Shown here: one piece after another, positions 19,335 through 28,791 of the stretch
Layout: each line of letters starts with the position of its first letter
Position numbering within the stretch: the stretch's first letter is position 1
Assembly: GCA_903937035.1 (NCBI GenBank)
Contig: CAIZXS010000005.1
Span: 62,746-126,745 of the forward strand
Direction of reading: 5' to 3'
Source of the DNA: an uncultured bacterium
GTDB taxonomy: Bacteria > Patescibacteriota > Minisyncoccia > Moranbacterales > UBA2206
Length of the DNA: 64,000 nt
Position numbers and translations under genes: made by a program
The notes under the pieces: generated by a model
The model's database searches: none
Told to the model about the DNA's origin: nothing
The model's input: the letters and a program-made list of their open reading frames with translations, nothing else

Positions 19335-20204
19335 TTAGGCTATTTCTATAAAAAACTGTGGGTAATATTTTTGGAGAATCTCTCTTGCTCTGAGCACATC
19401 CCTCTTTGTTTCAAAAATTCCGAAGACCGTTGGTCCCTTGCCAGTAAGGGATACTCCAATTGCGCCAAAAGAAATGAGTGCTTTTTCTAGTGTTTCTGAA
19501 ATTGGGTATTTTTTCTTAGCTACGATTGAGAAGTCATTATACAGGCATCGGCTCATTTCATTCAGGTTGGAGCTATTTTTCACAAATTTAGCAGAAAGAT
19601 TTTTTCTTTTTGGGTTGTTCATAAAAAGCAAATCTTTGTCGAGCTCGGAGTATGCCCAGGGGGTGGAAATTTCTCCAGCAGGATTGATGACTAGAATATT
19701 AAGTTTTGGAAAACTTTTGATTTCTTTGATTTTCTCTCCCATGCCACAAATGAGGGCAGCGCGAGAATTTGAGATAAAAAAAGGGATATCTTTTCCGACT
19801 TCTGCGGCTATATCGATGAGCTCTCTTTGGGATAAAATATTTTTAAAATGAGTATTGAGGGTTAAGATAACCGCTGCGCCGTTGGAACTTCCCCCGGCCA
19901 TTCCAGCCGATAGTGGAATGTTTTTCTCGATGAATATCCTTAGCCCGACGGATTTTCCTGTTTTTTTAAAAAAACGTTCAGCAATTTTCCAGCAAATATT
20001 CTTTTCGTCAATCGGGACAGCAGGGATATTGCAAATGATTTCAATACCATTTTTATTTTCATCAAAAATAAGCTCAATTTTATCGAAAAGATTCTCTGTT
20101 TTTAGCATCACTGAGCGAAGTTCATGAAAACCACTAGGTAGTTTTTTTGTCACCTCCAGAGTCAAGTTTAGTTTAGCGGGTGATTTCACTTTAATTTTTT
20201 TCAT
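19335..20204 (-). CDS. ispE: 4-diphosphocytidyl-2-C-methyl-D-erythritol kinase
   Basis: PAKLNLTL, G.HEL.SVM, KNIP..AGMAGGSSNGAA, GKDIPFF, GMGE, LTGKGPTVF. Confidence 0.93.
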   Translation of the reverse strand: MKKIKVKSPAKLNLTLEVTKKLPSGFHELRSVMLKTENLFDKIELIFDENKNGIEIICNIPAVPIDEKNICWKIAERFFKKTGKSVGLRIFIEKNIPLSAGMAGGSSNGAAVILTLNTHFKNILSQRELIDIAAEVGKDIPFFISNSRAALICGMGEKIKEIKSFPKLNILVINPAGEISTPWAYSELDKDLLFMNNPKRKNLSAKFVKNSSNLNEMSRCLYNDFSIVAKKKYPISETLEKALISFGAIGVSLTGKGPTVFGIFETKRDVLRAREILQKYYPQFFIEIA

Positions 20205-20679
20205 CCTTGACCAGACTAATAATTACAAAAACCTGGATTCCTTCACCTTTTCCGAAAGCGGTCAGTTTTTCTCCCGAAGTAGCATTGATTCCAATTTGAG
20301 ACTTTTCAATTTCTAGGAGCTTGGTTAAACTTTCCTTCATTTTTTCTTCTAGTGGGATTATTTTTGGTCTTTGGCATTCCAAAGAAATCCCAATATTATT
20401 AATCACATATCCTCTTTCTTTTATATGGCGCATGGCTACTTTTAAATATTCACGGCTATCATTAATTCCCGCTTGATTCATTTTATCCGCATAGATAGAA
20501 AAAGACTCTCCTCCAATTGCCTGTTCTAACGCGCGACAAATCGCGTGAATTACAGCATCGCCATCAGAATTTCCCTCAAGGCTGGGCTCATTTTCAATTT
20601 CAATTCCACCTAAAATTAATTTTTTGTCCGGATTCCCTGAAAATTTATGAGAATCTTGTCCTAGTCCAACTCGAAACAT
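20191..20679 (-). CDS. ispF: 2-C-methyl-D-erythritol 2,4-cyclodiphosphate synthase
   Basis: RVGLGQDSH, LILGG, SDGDA.IHA, INATSGEKL..FG.GEGI. Confidence 0.95.
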   Translation of the reverse strand: MFRVGLGQDSHKFSGNPDKKLILGGIEIENEPSLEGNSDGDAVIHAICRALEQAIGGESFSIYADKMNQAGINDSREYLKVAMRHIKERGYVINNIGISLECQRPKIIPLEEKMKESLTKLLEIEKSQIGINATSGEKLTAFGKGEGIQVFVIISLVKDEKN

Positions 20680-20683
20680 ATTT

Positions 20684-21385
20684 TTAATAGTTTTTTAGGA
20701 TTAATTTTGCCAATTCCAAATCTAGTGGCGTTGTTAATTTAAAGTTATTTTTTGAGGCTTCAATTATTTTCACTTTTTTCCCAAATCTTTCAACAAGGCT
20801 TACATCGTCAGTGCCCAGAAAATTATCAGAGTTGGCTTTTTGAAAAGCTTTTTTTGCCAGGGTAAATTGAATTGCTTGTGGAGTTTGCATGTTCCAAAGT
20901 TTTGATCTGTCGAGAACTTGGATGGAAAGGCCATATTTATTGACTTCTCGAATAGTATCCTTTGTTCTGTGGGCAACGGCGCAAGCGCCACGCTTTCTTG
21001 CTTCCATGACACAAGAATGCAACTCCAAATTAGTTACAAAAGGGTTCGCTCCATTGTGGAAAATCAATATTAGCCCTTGTTTGCCTTTGTTGTCAAACGA
21101 AGTGTCAATAAAGTCAATCCCGGCATAACTCGAATCTTGTCTCTCTTTTCCGCCAGGAATTATTCCCAGTATTTTTTTAAATTTATATTTTTTAACGATT
21201 TTCTCGAAAGTGTTTCGGTCTTTTTCTTGAGCTACCAAAACAATGCCGTCGATATCTTTCGATTTTTCGAATGCTTCTAATACATAAAAAATAATCGGTT
21301 TTCCTCCGAGAGTAATAAGCGTTTTATTTTTCCCCGCGCCCATTCTTTTTCCAATTCCAGAAGCGAGGATGATTCCAATATTCAT
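20684..21385 (-). CDS. ispD: 2-C-methyl-D-erythritol 4-phosphate cytidylyltransferase
   Basis: ILASG.GKRMG..NK, GG.ERQDS, HNGANPF, QTPQ, TDD.SLVE, NFKLTTP.DL. Confidence 0.93.
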   Translation of the reverse strand: MNIGIILASGIGKRMGAGKNKTLITLGGKPIIFYVLEAFEKSKDIDGIVLVAQEKDRNTFEKIVKKYKFKKILGIIPGGKERQDSSYAGIDFIDTSFDNKGKQGLILIFHNGANPFVTNLELHSCVMEARKRGACAVAHRTKDTIREVNKYGLSIQVLDRSKLWNMQTPQAIQFTLAKKAFQKANSDNFLGTDDVSLVERFGKKVKIIEASKNNFKLTTPLDLELAKLILKNY

Positions 21386-21392
21386 AGGCGTG

Positions 21393-22535
21393 TTATTTTG
21401 AAAACTCTAAAAATTCTTTTGCCATTTCTCTTGCGTCAGTTATTGCTTTCTCAATATCAGTCAATTCTGGGCTAAAAACTGGATTATGTGCATCCATAAC
21501 TTTTTTAATTACAGTCTGGATGTCGAGGAACCGACACTCATGTTTTAGGAATTTTTCAACCATATAATCATTGGCTGCGTTCATGGCTGCCGGCAATGTC
21601 CCCCCAATTCTAGCAGCTTTGAGTGCAAATCCCAAGCAGGGAAATCTTTCGAGATCCGGTTCTTTGAAGGTTAGGCTCTTGGAAAAATCCCAACGCTTAA
21701 TGGGAGCATCCCAGCGTTCAGGATAGGAAAGTGCGTATTGGATTGGCAAGCGCATATCTGGATCAGAGAGTTGAGCAATAACGCTTGCATCAGAATATTC
21801 CACCATGGAGTGTATGATGCTTTCTGGATGGATAACTACTTTTATTTTTTCGATCGGCATGTTATAGAGCCACATTGCCTCAATCACTTCAAATCCTTTA
21901 TTCATCAGTGTGGCAGAGTCGATAGTAATTTTTTTGCCCATGCTCCATGTCTTATGTCCCAGCGCTTCTTCTACGGTCACGGACGGCATTTCTTCTTTAG
22001 TCTTGTCGCGCAGGGCGCCTCCTGAACATGTGATAATTAGCTGGTGAACTGTTTTTGGATTTTCTCCATTCAAACATTGAAAGAGGGCTGAATGCTCAGA
22101 ATCAATCGGCATCAGTTTGATGTTATTTTTTTTCACTTCTCGCATCACAAGCTCTCCTGCTGCGACCAGTGTTTCTTTATTGGCAAGAGCAATGTCCTTT
22201 TTGTGTTTGATAGCTTCCAATGTGGCTTTTATTCCTGAAAGGCTGACAAGGGAATTGATGAGCGTATCATATTCGGAAAGCGCGGCAATTTTAATTGAAG
22301 CATCCTCTCCTGAAAAAACAGGAATGTTTATCTGTTTTTCCAGTTCCTTGGCTTTTTTCTCATTAGCCACTCCAGCAAAAAGCGGATGATATTTTTCTAT
22401 TTGAGTCTTTAGTAGGGTAATATTATTATTGGCACTAAGCGCAATAATCTTGAATTTGTCAGGATATTGGTCCACCACGTCAAGCACTTGTGTTCCGACA
22501 TTTCCCGTACTACCAAGAATAGCGAGTTTTTTCAT
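21393..22535 (-). CDS. dxr: 1-deoxy-D-xylulose 5-phosphate reductoisomerase
   Basis: ILGSTGNVG, ALANKETLV, PIDSEHSALFQ, WSMG.KITIDSATLMNKG.EVIEA, HP.SIIHSMVE, PDMRLPI, NAAND. Confidence 0.97.
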   Translation of the reverse strand: MKKLAILGSTGNVGTQVLDVVDQYPDKFKIIALSANNNITLLKTQIEKYHPLFAGVANEKKAKELEKQINIPVFSGEDASIKIAALSEYDTLINSLVSLSGIKATLEAIKHKKDIALANKETLVAAGELVMREVKKNNIKLMPIDSEHSALFQCLNGENPKTVHQLIITCSGGALRDKTKEEMPSVTVEEALGHKTWSMGKKITIDSATLMNKGFEVIEAMWLYNMPIEKIKVVIHPESIIHSMVEYSDASVIAQLSDPDMRLPIQYALSYPERWDAPIKRWDFSKSLTFKEPDLERFPCLGFALKAARIGGTLPAAMNAANDYMVEKFLKHECRFLDIQTVIKKVMDAHNPVFSPELTDIEKAITDAREMAKEFLEFSK

Positions 22536-22661
22536 ATATTTTTGAAAAGTTTATATAGGCAGTTCAATTAGCTCCATTATAGCCGAACGGTTTCTTTTGT
22601 AAACTTGCTCAAAGAAAGGCGGGACGCTTTTCTTTTTTTCAAAATCCGCTAAACTTGAAAT

Positions 22662-23156
22662 ATGAAAACTGAATTTGTCACACAAAATTTTAAAGAAACA
22701 AGAGAACTGGGAAAACTCTTAGCAAATGAGCTTAAAGGCGGGGAAGTGATCTGTCTTTTTGGTGAGTTGGGAGCCGGCAAAACTACTTTTACCCAAGGGC
22801 TATTAGAAGGTTTGGGGGCGGAAAAACCCTACACTAGTCCAACATTTGTTGTTATGAAGGAATATAAGACAGAAGTCAGGAGACAGAAGTCAGTGAACAG
22901 TAGAATTGGCAATGTGTATCATTTTGATGCGTATCGGGTCGAAGCTGAAGATATTTTAAACCTGGGTTGGGAGGAAATAATCACGGAGGAGAGCAATGTT
23001 TGCATTGTTGAGTGGGCGGATAAGCTGGAAAAAATCGTTCCGGAGCGGGCGATTTGGATTGGCTTTGAGTGGCTGGATGACAAGAGACGAAAGCTATTGA
23101 TCGGGAAAAAGACCAAAAACTTGCTAAAATCCCAAAAGCATGCTAAAAATACTTAA
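22662..23156 (+). CDS. tsaE: tRNA threonylcarbamoyladenosine biosynthesis ATPase TsaE
   Basis: GELGAGKTTF, SPTF, HFDAYR, IVEWA. Confidence 0.95.
   Translation: MKTEFVTQNFKETRELGKLLANELKGGEVICLFGELGAGKTTFTQGLLEGLGAEKPYTSPTFVVMKEYKTEVRRQKSVNSRIGNVYHFDAYRVEAEDILNLGWEEIITEESNVCIVEWADKLEKIVPERAIWIGFEWLDDKRRKLLIGKKTKNLLKSQKHAKNT
22870..22904. repeat. Heptamer tandem repeat (CAG-N4)x5 inside tsaE
   Basis: cagaagt-caggaga-cagaagt-cagtgaa-cagtaga; encodes EVRRQKSVNSR. Confidence 0.6.
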
Positions 23157-23196
23157 GTGTGAAGGAACTTAATTTATAAATAATCTAGAGAAAACT

Positions 23197-23469
23197 ATGC
23201 CAATTAAGAAATCAGCTAAGAAATATATGCGGGTGACTGAGCGGAAGACCGAGAAAAACCGCAAAATTAAAGGTGCTTTCAAGAGCGCAGTGAAATATAC
23301 CAAGGAAGCTCTTGCCAAAGCTGATGGCGCAAAAGCGACAGAATACCTTAAAAAATCCATCAAAGCGATTGATAAGGCCGTAGAAAAGAATGTAATGCAT
23401 AAAAATACTGCTGCCAGAAAAAAATCACGACTAAATAAGGCCGTGAAAGCCTTAGTGCTAAAGAAATAA
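23197..23469 (+). CDS. rpsT: 30S ribosomal protein S20
   Basis: MPIKKSAKK..R...R...N...K, IDKA..K.V.HKN.AARKKSRL. Confidence 0.96.
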   Translation: MPIKKSAKKYMRVTERKTEKNRKIKGAFKSAVKYTKEALAKADGAKATEYLKKSIKAIDKAVEKNVMHKNTAARKKSRLNKAVKALVLKK

Positions 23470-23488
23470 GTTTTTTTTACTTTGAAAT

Positions 23489-23522
23489 AAAAAAACCATC
23501 CCAGGATTAGGGATGGTTTTTT
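23489..23522 (+). terminator. Intrinsic terminator after rpsT (probably bidirectional)
   Basis: aaaaaaccatccc-aggatta-gggatggtttttt. Confidence 0.75.
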
Positions 23523-23530
23523 GTGTTTTA

Positions 23531-23679
23531 TGTCATCCTGAGCGTAGCGTAGTGGAGTCGAAGGATCTACCTTGCGCCATCTAGAGCCTGATTTATATTT
23601 GCAAAGCTTAGGGTGGTGACTAGCAGATCCTTCGACTGCATAAATTTCCTGGTGAAAATTTATTCCGCTCAGGATGACA
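23531..23679. repeat. Dispersed palindromic (REP/MITE-like) element, family A, copy 1
   Basis: TGTCATCCTGAGCG...GTCGAAGGATCT-spacer-AGATCCTTCGAC...CGCTCAGGATGACA; same ends at 28792 and 52582. Confidence 0.85.
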
Positions 23680-23699
23680 ATATTTTTTTTAGGATTGAT

Positions 23700-24674
23700 T
23701 TACAACTCCACAATAAACTTATCCAGCGATAACTTTATATCCGCTTGGCCAGTTTTTATTTTCGTATCAAGCGTACCTAGCTTTTTATAAATAGAGGTTA
23801 GCTTATTTTCACCAAAATTCTTAGCTTGCATGTAGCTCTTTTTCACTACAAAGGGATGAAGCTTGGTAATTTTGGCAATTTCAAACTCACTAAAAATGCC
23901 ATCTTCCTGAAGTGACGCGATGCGCAGGAGATTTCTGAATTGATAGACAAACATTGAAAAAAGATAGAAGGGATCGTCGCCATTATCGAGATGACGATGA
24001 AATAATTCTAGCGCCTTTTTCTTTCTATTGGCACTAAGCGCTTCAATTGTTTCGAAGATATTATTATCCAAATCAGCCTTAGTTAGGAGATCGATTGCCT
24101 CGGCGCTAATCATGGAAGACCCGGAGAAGCTGATTAATTTCTCCAGTTCTTGAGTGAGTAGTGCTGTGTCATTTCCGACGAAGGTAATTAATTTTTCTAG
24201 GGCGTCTTTGGCGATGGACGCTTCAGGGGAGGAGATTTTGATGCTATCTACAATCCATTGATTTAGCTTTGTGCCAGAGAGTTTCTCGAAATTTTGCTTT
24301 CTTGATTGCACTAAGAGAAATTTAAATAGAGCATTGTTTTTTCGAGGAATCCCTTCTTCCCAAAAAAGTACGACCAAATCGGGGTCAACTTTTATTTTTT
24401 CAGCGTGTTCTTTTAGGAATTTTAGTATCTTTGCTTGCTCGTCAGTTGGCGATTCTATGATGATTCTTTTGGCGATAAATAATTTTTTTGAAGAAAAGAG
24501 TCCTGAGGCAGAAAGGGTGGCTTTCATTTTCTCGTATGCACTATCCTTTGAATCTTTGGCATCAAACAAAGACAAACCCGCGCGGGATTTGTCATTGAGA
24601 GAAAACTTATTTTTTATTTCTAGTACTTTCTCATAGGATCTGAAAGTATCTTCACCGTAGAAAAAAATAATCAT
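23700..24674 (-). CDS. holA: DNA polymerase III subunit delta
   Basis: IFFYGED.F, GLFS.KKL, L..ELEKL..F, IF..IEAL, LF.M.VYQFR.L, LHPFVVKK, D.KIKTG. Confidence 0.9.
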   Translation of the reverse strand: MIIFFYGEDTFRSYEKVLEIKNKFSLNDKSRAGLSLFDAKDSKDSAYEKMKATLSASGLFSSKKLFIAKRIIIESPTDEQAKILKFLKEHAEKIKVDPDLVVLFWEEGIPRKNNALFKFLLVQSRKQNFEKLSGTKLNQWIVDSIKISSPEASIAKDALEKLITFVGNDTALLTQELEKLISFSGSSMISAEAIDLLTKADLDNNIFETIEALSANRKKKALELFHRHLDNGDDPFYLFSMFVYQFRNLLRIASLQEDGIFSEFEIAKITKLHPFVVKKSYMQAKNFGENKLTSIYKKLGTLDTKIKTGQADIKLSLDKFIVEL

Positions 24675-24708
24675 TTGGTTTTTTTAGATTGGAGCGCTCT
24701 AGTGGGAA

Positions 24709-25806
24709 CTAGGCGGCTGGAACCCATTTTAGGGCTTGTCCTGGTTCTAGGATTTCAACCCAGATTTGTCCAGGAACGAATTGTACCTCTTGACCGCTTG
24801 CGTCATAGAAGAAAAGTTTATTTTTGGCGTCAGATTTATCCTTTTTCCATGTTCCGGTTTCTTGTTTGCCGTTCATGTAGTAGAAAGCTTCACCTGAATC
24901 TGAGGTATCAAACCATGGATCGCCAAGTTGTACATTGTTGTATTGCTCACCATCAATTAGTTGATCAGATTTTGCCATCAAGACAACAACATTTTTTGGT
25001 GCAAGTCTTTTGTTGTTATTTCTGTCCGTGTCGGCTACATCAGCCCATGTTCTTAGCCAGGAATTTGTTCCTTTGTCGTAATCATATTCAACATCATAGG
25101 GCTTGGCAAAGGCAACACGCAGGTGGCCTCCAGTTGGTCTTTGGTCAAGTGGCGCTTCTTCTTTATGCGCATAGCCAACAAATTTATTTTCCATATTAAA
25201 TCCGAAATTTTTTGCTCCTTCTAGTAATTTGGCAAATTTAGCATAGCCAGTATCTACGCCCCTTGCCATCCCGGTTTTTCTGTAACAATATTGTTCAGCT
25301 GATCTTCCTGCATCGTTGTTGCAGTTCATATCGTCATAAATCTTGCTATTTAAGACTTCCTTGAACTTTTCAATGTCTGAGCGTCCCCAATGCACGAAGA
25401 TCGCATCAAGTCCTTCTGCGAGATTAAGAAAATCGTGACGTGCGCTACGCATTGAACCGACATCCTCCGGGTCTCCGCAAACGTAAACTCCCATAAGGCG
25501 GGTAATTGAGGCGGTGATAACTGGCATTTCGAAAACCATATCTGCATCAGAGAAGCCTGATGCCGGGCGGGCAGAGACGTCTGCTGGTTGCATGACGGCT
25601 ACGGCTCGACGTTTACGATTTTCACAGGGTAGTCCAGAAAGGTAACTGACTTCCTCGGAGTTTTTCGGCGTGGTTGTGTCGATTTTTTGGTTAATATTGA
25701 TTTGCTTCTTTTCTGGCTGTTTTTTGTTTTTGATAAGCAAAAATGCACCAGCTGCAATAATGATTATTGCGATAATAGCAATAATGATTTTTGACTTTTT
25801 TTCCAT
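24709..25806 (-). CDS. DUF3048-family membrane-anchored protein
   Basis: N-terminal TM; RR..AVM....ARP.SG...AD.VFE.......TRL, VGS.RSAR, G..WVEI. Confidence 0.85.
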   Translation of the reverse strand: MEKKSKIIIAIIAIIIIAAGAFLLIKNKKQPEKKQININQKIDTTTPKNSEEVSYLSGLPCENRKRRAVAVMQPADVSARPASGFSDADMVFEMPVITASITRLMGVYVCGDPEDVGSMRSARHDFLNLAEGLDAIFVHWGRSDIEKFKEVLNSKIYDDMNCNNDAGRSAEQYCYRKTGMARGVDTGYAKFAKLLEGAKNFGFNMENKFVGYAHKEEAPLDQRPTGGHLRVAFAKPYDVEYDYDKGTNSWLRTWADVADTDRNNNKRLAPKNVVVLMAKSDQLIDGEQYNNVQLGDPWFDTSDSGEAFYYMNGKQETGTWKKDKSDAKNKLFFYDASGQEVQFVPGQIWVEILEPGQALKWVPAA

Positions 25807-25897
25807 GGGTATTTAGATTTAAAAATTACCTCACTATTATACAGTAAAATTTGAAAATAAGGAAAGGGTGGCATTTAAGGGGAATTTTATGTGCTTA

Positions 25898-26092
25898 TTG
25901 ACAATATTTAAGCATTTGCTATATTTAGCGCATGCATAGTTTGATTTTTCAAACAACCAAGCGAGTCAATAATATGACCGGGATTACCCCAGGTCGGCTT
26001 TGGTTTTTGAAAAATGAAATGTAGCGCATAAAAAAGAATCTCATTTTTGAAAAATCTAAGCCGGTTCCCAGGGACTCGGTTTTTTGTTTTTT
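25898..26092 (+). promoter_or_regulatory. Promoter plus structured leader ending in a terminator, upstream of the Cys-rich ORF operon
   Basis: TTGACA at 25898, TGcTATATT at 25917-25925; long stem 25944-25962/25997-26015; terminator gccggttccc/gggactcggt plus U-tract at 26058-26092. Confidence 0.5.
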
Positions 26093-26160
26093 AACAACAA
26101 AAAATAGTGTAAATATTTGGTATATATTGCTTCAACCTTAAATGAAGAGGGGGATGGGCT

Positions 26161-26502
26161 ATGAATTGCACAACGTGCAAAAATTACAGTGGGACTTGCG
26201 GAAACTTTCCTCCATTATCGGAATGGAAAGGAGATGGCTTCGGGTGTTGGGATCCTCGTGATTGGGATGCTCCAGTGAGAAGGCTGTCAAAAAGCAAACC
26301 AATCGTGAGCTCAACTAGGCTCGCGTCTTTGTTTAATGCTGTGGACGCAACTAACGGCGACAACGTGGTAATGCCAGAAGCAATTTGTTCAAACATTGTT
26401 TGCTCAAAAAGAAGTTGGTGCTGTGAAGAAATCGCCGAAAGATGCAAAAAGTTTTCGCCAATGGTCGAAGTGAGAAAGATTTCATGTCAAAGAGAGGGTT
26501 GA
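26161..26502 (+). CDS. Cys-rich hypothetical protein (two putative metal-binding modules)
   Basis: GAGGGGG RBS; CTTC..C..CWDP and C...C....CC...C..FSP. Confidence 0.6.
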   Translation: MNCTTCKNYSGTCGNFPPLSEWKGDGFGCWDPRDWDAPVRRLSKSKPIVSSTRLASLFNAVDATNGDNVVMPEAICSNIVCSKRSWCCEEIAERCKKFSPMVEVRKISCQREG

Positions 26503-26511
26503 GAAAAGGGG

Positions 26512-26700
26512 GTGAACATGATTAAGAGTTGCGCTGAATGCGAAATGGCAAATCCAGGCCATCCAAGAGGACTCTGGTGTCCCTTCTATGATCTGGTTGT
26601 AAAAAACCCTGACGAGTTATTTAAAACATGCAGCCTGAAAGACTGTTTGTTTCCAAGAAAGGAGGCAGCAAATGATGCTCTGCGGGAATTGTCGGTGTAG
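26512..26700 (+). CDS. Small Cys-rich hypothetical protein
   Basis: AGGGGG RBS; CAEC...WC...C..CLFP. Confidence 0.55.
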   Translation: MNMIKSCAECEMANPGHPRGLWCPFYDLVVKNPDELFKTCSLKDCLFPRKEAANDALRELSV

Positions 26701-26881
26701 TAAGTTTGTGTGGTATATGTCAAAAAATATTTGTCGGGCTAATAGAAAAGAAAGAATTATCGAAAACCCAAAAAAAATGGCAGAAGAATGTGGTTATTTT
26801 GTTCCAAGGGATGATGAGGAGGATGGTTGCGGTGACCGCAGTCATTCTCCTCAAGTGAAAAGAGGTGGCCCATGGAACTAG
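26672..26881 (+). CDS. Small Cys-rich hypothetical protein
   Basis: AAGGAGG RBS at ~26659; CGNC.C...IC...ECGYFVP. Confidence 0.6.
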   Translation: MMLCGNCRCSKFVWYMSKNICRANRKERIIENPKKMAEECGYFVPRDDEEDGCGDRSHSPQVKRGGPWN

Positions 26882-26896
26882 ACACCTTTCTAGTGA

Positions 26897-26938
26897 GGCG
26901 GGAATTCTGAATTGAGAATTCCCGCCGTTTATTTTTTT
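26897..26938 (+). terminator. Intrinsic terminator of the Cys-rich operon
   Basis: ggcgggaattct/agaattcccgcc 12-bp stem plus U-tract. Confidence 0.8.
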
Positions 26939-26979
26939 CAAAGACTTTTCGTGCTAGAATAGGGCTATAAAAAATTAAA

Positions 26980-28785
26980 ATGAACTATATGAAAAAAATT
27001 GCTCTCGGTTTGATTTTAATGGCTTCTGTTTTTTTATCAAATAACGTTGAGGCGCGGACAAATGTCATGGACTGGTACCTTAAAAATTTTGAGTCAGAAA
27101 TTAAGGTCAATAAGGATTCAACACTTCTCGTTACGGAAAAAATCACCGCTGATTGTGGCAATGCCTCTGGTAAGCATGGAATTTTTCGGACCTTGCCGAC
27201 AGTTTTTCGAACGACAGATAAAACAATCGCAATGCCGATTGAGCTTCTCGGTATCACAGATTTTAATGGCAATAGTTTGCACTATTCCACGCAAACTGAT
27301 TATTCAAATAAAACAGTAACTTGGAAAATTGGTGATCCTAACCGAACGGTGACGGGTGAGAATAATTATCTCATAACGTATAAAGTTAAAAATGCCGTTC
27401 TTTTTGATAAATCCGATTTTGATGAATTATATTGGAATTTGAATGGTAATTTTTGGGATCTGGAAACCGACAGTTTCACTGGCAAAATAGTCCTTCCATC
27501 AGAAATCACAAAAAGCAACACTCAAGTTGATTATTATACTGGCAGCTTGAATAGTAAGGGAAAGGATGGGGCTAGCTATTCTTGGCTTACTAATAATATT
27601 TTACAGTTTAAATCCAATAAGACTTTGTTGGTTGGCGAAGGCATCACAGCCTCTATTGCGTTCCCCAAAAATATTATTATGCCGTATGTGCCAACTTTTT
27701 GGGAAAAGTATGCGTTATATTTATGGTTAATTATCCCGCTTGTAGCGTTTGCTATTTGTTTTAGTGTTTGGGATAGATATGGAAAAGATCCGGAAGGTAA
27801 AAAAACAATTATCGCTGAGTTTGATATTCCTGAGAAGCTTTCTCCTTTGGAGCTCGGAACACTTTTCACTAATGGAAAACTGAAGACGGAGTTTATATCT
27901 GCCTCTATCATTAACTTGGCAGTTAAAAAAGTAATTCAAATTGAACAGACGGAAGGACTAGATTCTCTCAATGTTGGTTTGGCGAAAGAGGGAATTTCGA
28001 AACTTTCCGATGGGCAAAAATCTTTTGCAGATAAAGCTTTGAATTTCTTTCATATTGGGGAAGATTTTCGCTTGAAAATTATCAATAGAGATTTGATTTC
28101 AGAACTGGCAAGTCCTGAAAAAAAGTTAATACAGGAAATGTTTGGTGCAAAGGATGAAATCATGCTTTCCGGACTCAAAAATGAATTTTACAAAAGCCTT
28201 CCTGAGATTAAAAAGGTGACGTTGGATAGTCTAGAAAAAAAGCAGTTGATTGAAAAAACCGGCCTGACTTTTCAGATGATTTTTCTGGTTGCCGGATTTA
28301 TTTTAGCCTTTTCAACCTTTATTTTTACATCCATCTCTCTTTCAATTTTGCCTGCCATGATTTTGACTACGATTATGGTTTTTATTTTTTCCTTTTTAAT
28401 GCCCAAGAGAACGCCTGCTGGAGCTGAGGTGTATTGGAAAACTAAGGGTTTTAAGCTTTATATGGAAACAGCCGAAAAATATCGCGAGCAGTTTAATGAA
28501 AGGGAAAATATTTTTGAAAAACTTTTGCCCTATGCCATTATGTTTGGCATGACGAAATTGTGGATCAAAAAAATGAAGGAAATTTATGGCGAAGACTATT
28601 TCAATGCCTATCACCCGATGTGGTTCGTAGGCGGCAGCATGGCAAACTTTGATGCCGACAGTTTTGCTTCGCGTGTGGACAGTCTTTCTTCGGCTATGGC
28701 TTCTAATGTTTCTTCTGGCTCAGGTGCTGGCGGCGGCGGAGGATCAGGTGGAGGCGGAGGCGGGGGAGGCGGGGGAGGATGGTAG
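26980..28785 (+). CDS. DUF2207-family membrane protein
   Basis: V.E.IT......KHGIFR..P, ELYWN..G..W, R.G.DP, GF..YM.TAE, FEKLLPYAI.FG....W, Gly-rich tail GGGSGGGGGGGGGGGW. Confidence 0.92.
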   Translation: MNYMKKIALGLILMASVFLSNNVEARTNVMDWYLKNFESEIKVNKDSTLLVTEKITADCGNASGKHGIFRTLPTVFRTTDKTIAMPIELLGITDFNGNSLHYSTQTDYSNKTVTWKIGDPNRTVTGENNYLITYKVKNAVLFDKSDFDELYWNLNGNFWDLETDSFTGKIVLPSEITKSNTQVDYYTGSLNSKGKDGASYSWLTNNILQFKSNKTLLVGEGITASIAFPKNIIMPYVPTFWEKYALYLWLIIPLVAFAICFSVWDRYGKDPEGKKTIIAEFDIPEKLSPLELGTLFTNGKLKTEFISASIINLAVKKVIQIEQTEGLDSLNVGLAKEGISKLSDGQKSFADKALNFFHIGEDFRLKIINRDLISELASPEKKLIQEMFGAKDEIMLSGLKNEFYKSLPEIKKVTLDSLEKKQLIEKTGLTFQMIFLVAGFILAFSTFIFTSISLSILPAMILTTIMVFIFSFLMPKRTPAGAEVYWKTKGFKLYMETAEKYREQFNERENIFEKLLPYAIMFGMTKLWIKKMKEIYGEDYFNAYHPMWFVGGSMANFDADSFASRVDSLSSAMASNVSSGSGAGGGGGSGGGGGGGGGGGW

Positions 28786-28791
28786 GAATTG

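Noticed and set aside
24675-25199. 174-aa plus-strand ORF
   Set aside because: Antisense shadow of the well-supported DUF3048 gene. The same applies to most short track ORFs opposite or out of frame with long genes.
28720-28785. G-rich tract (possible G-quadruplex or repeat)
   Set aside because: Encodes the normal Gly-rich C-terminus of DUF2207 proteins.
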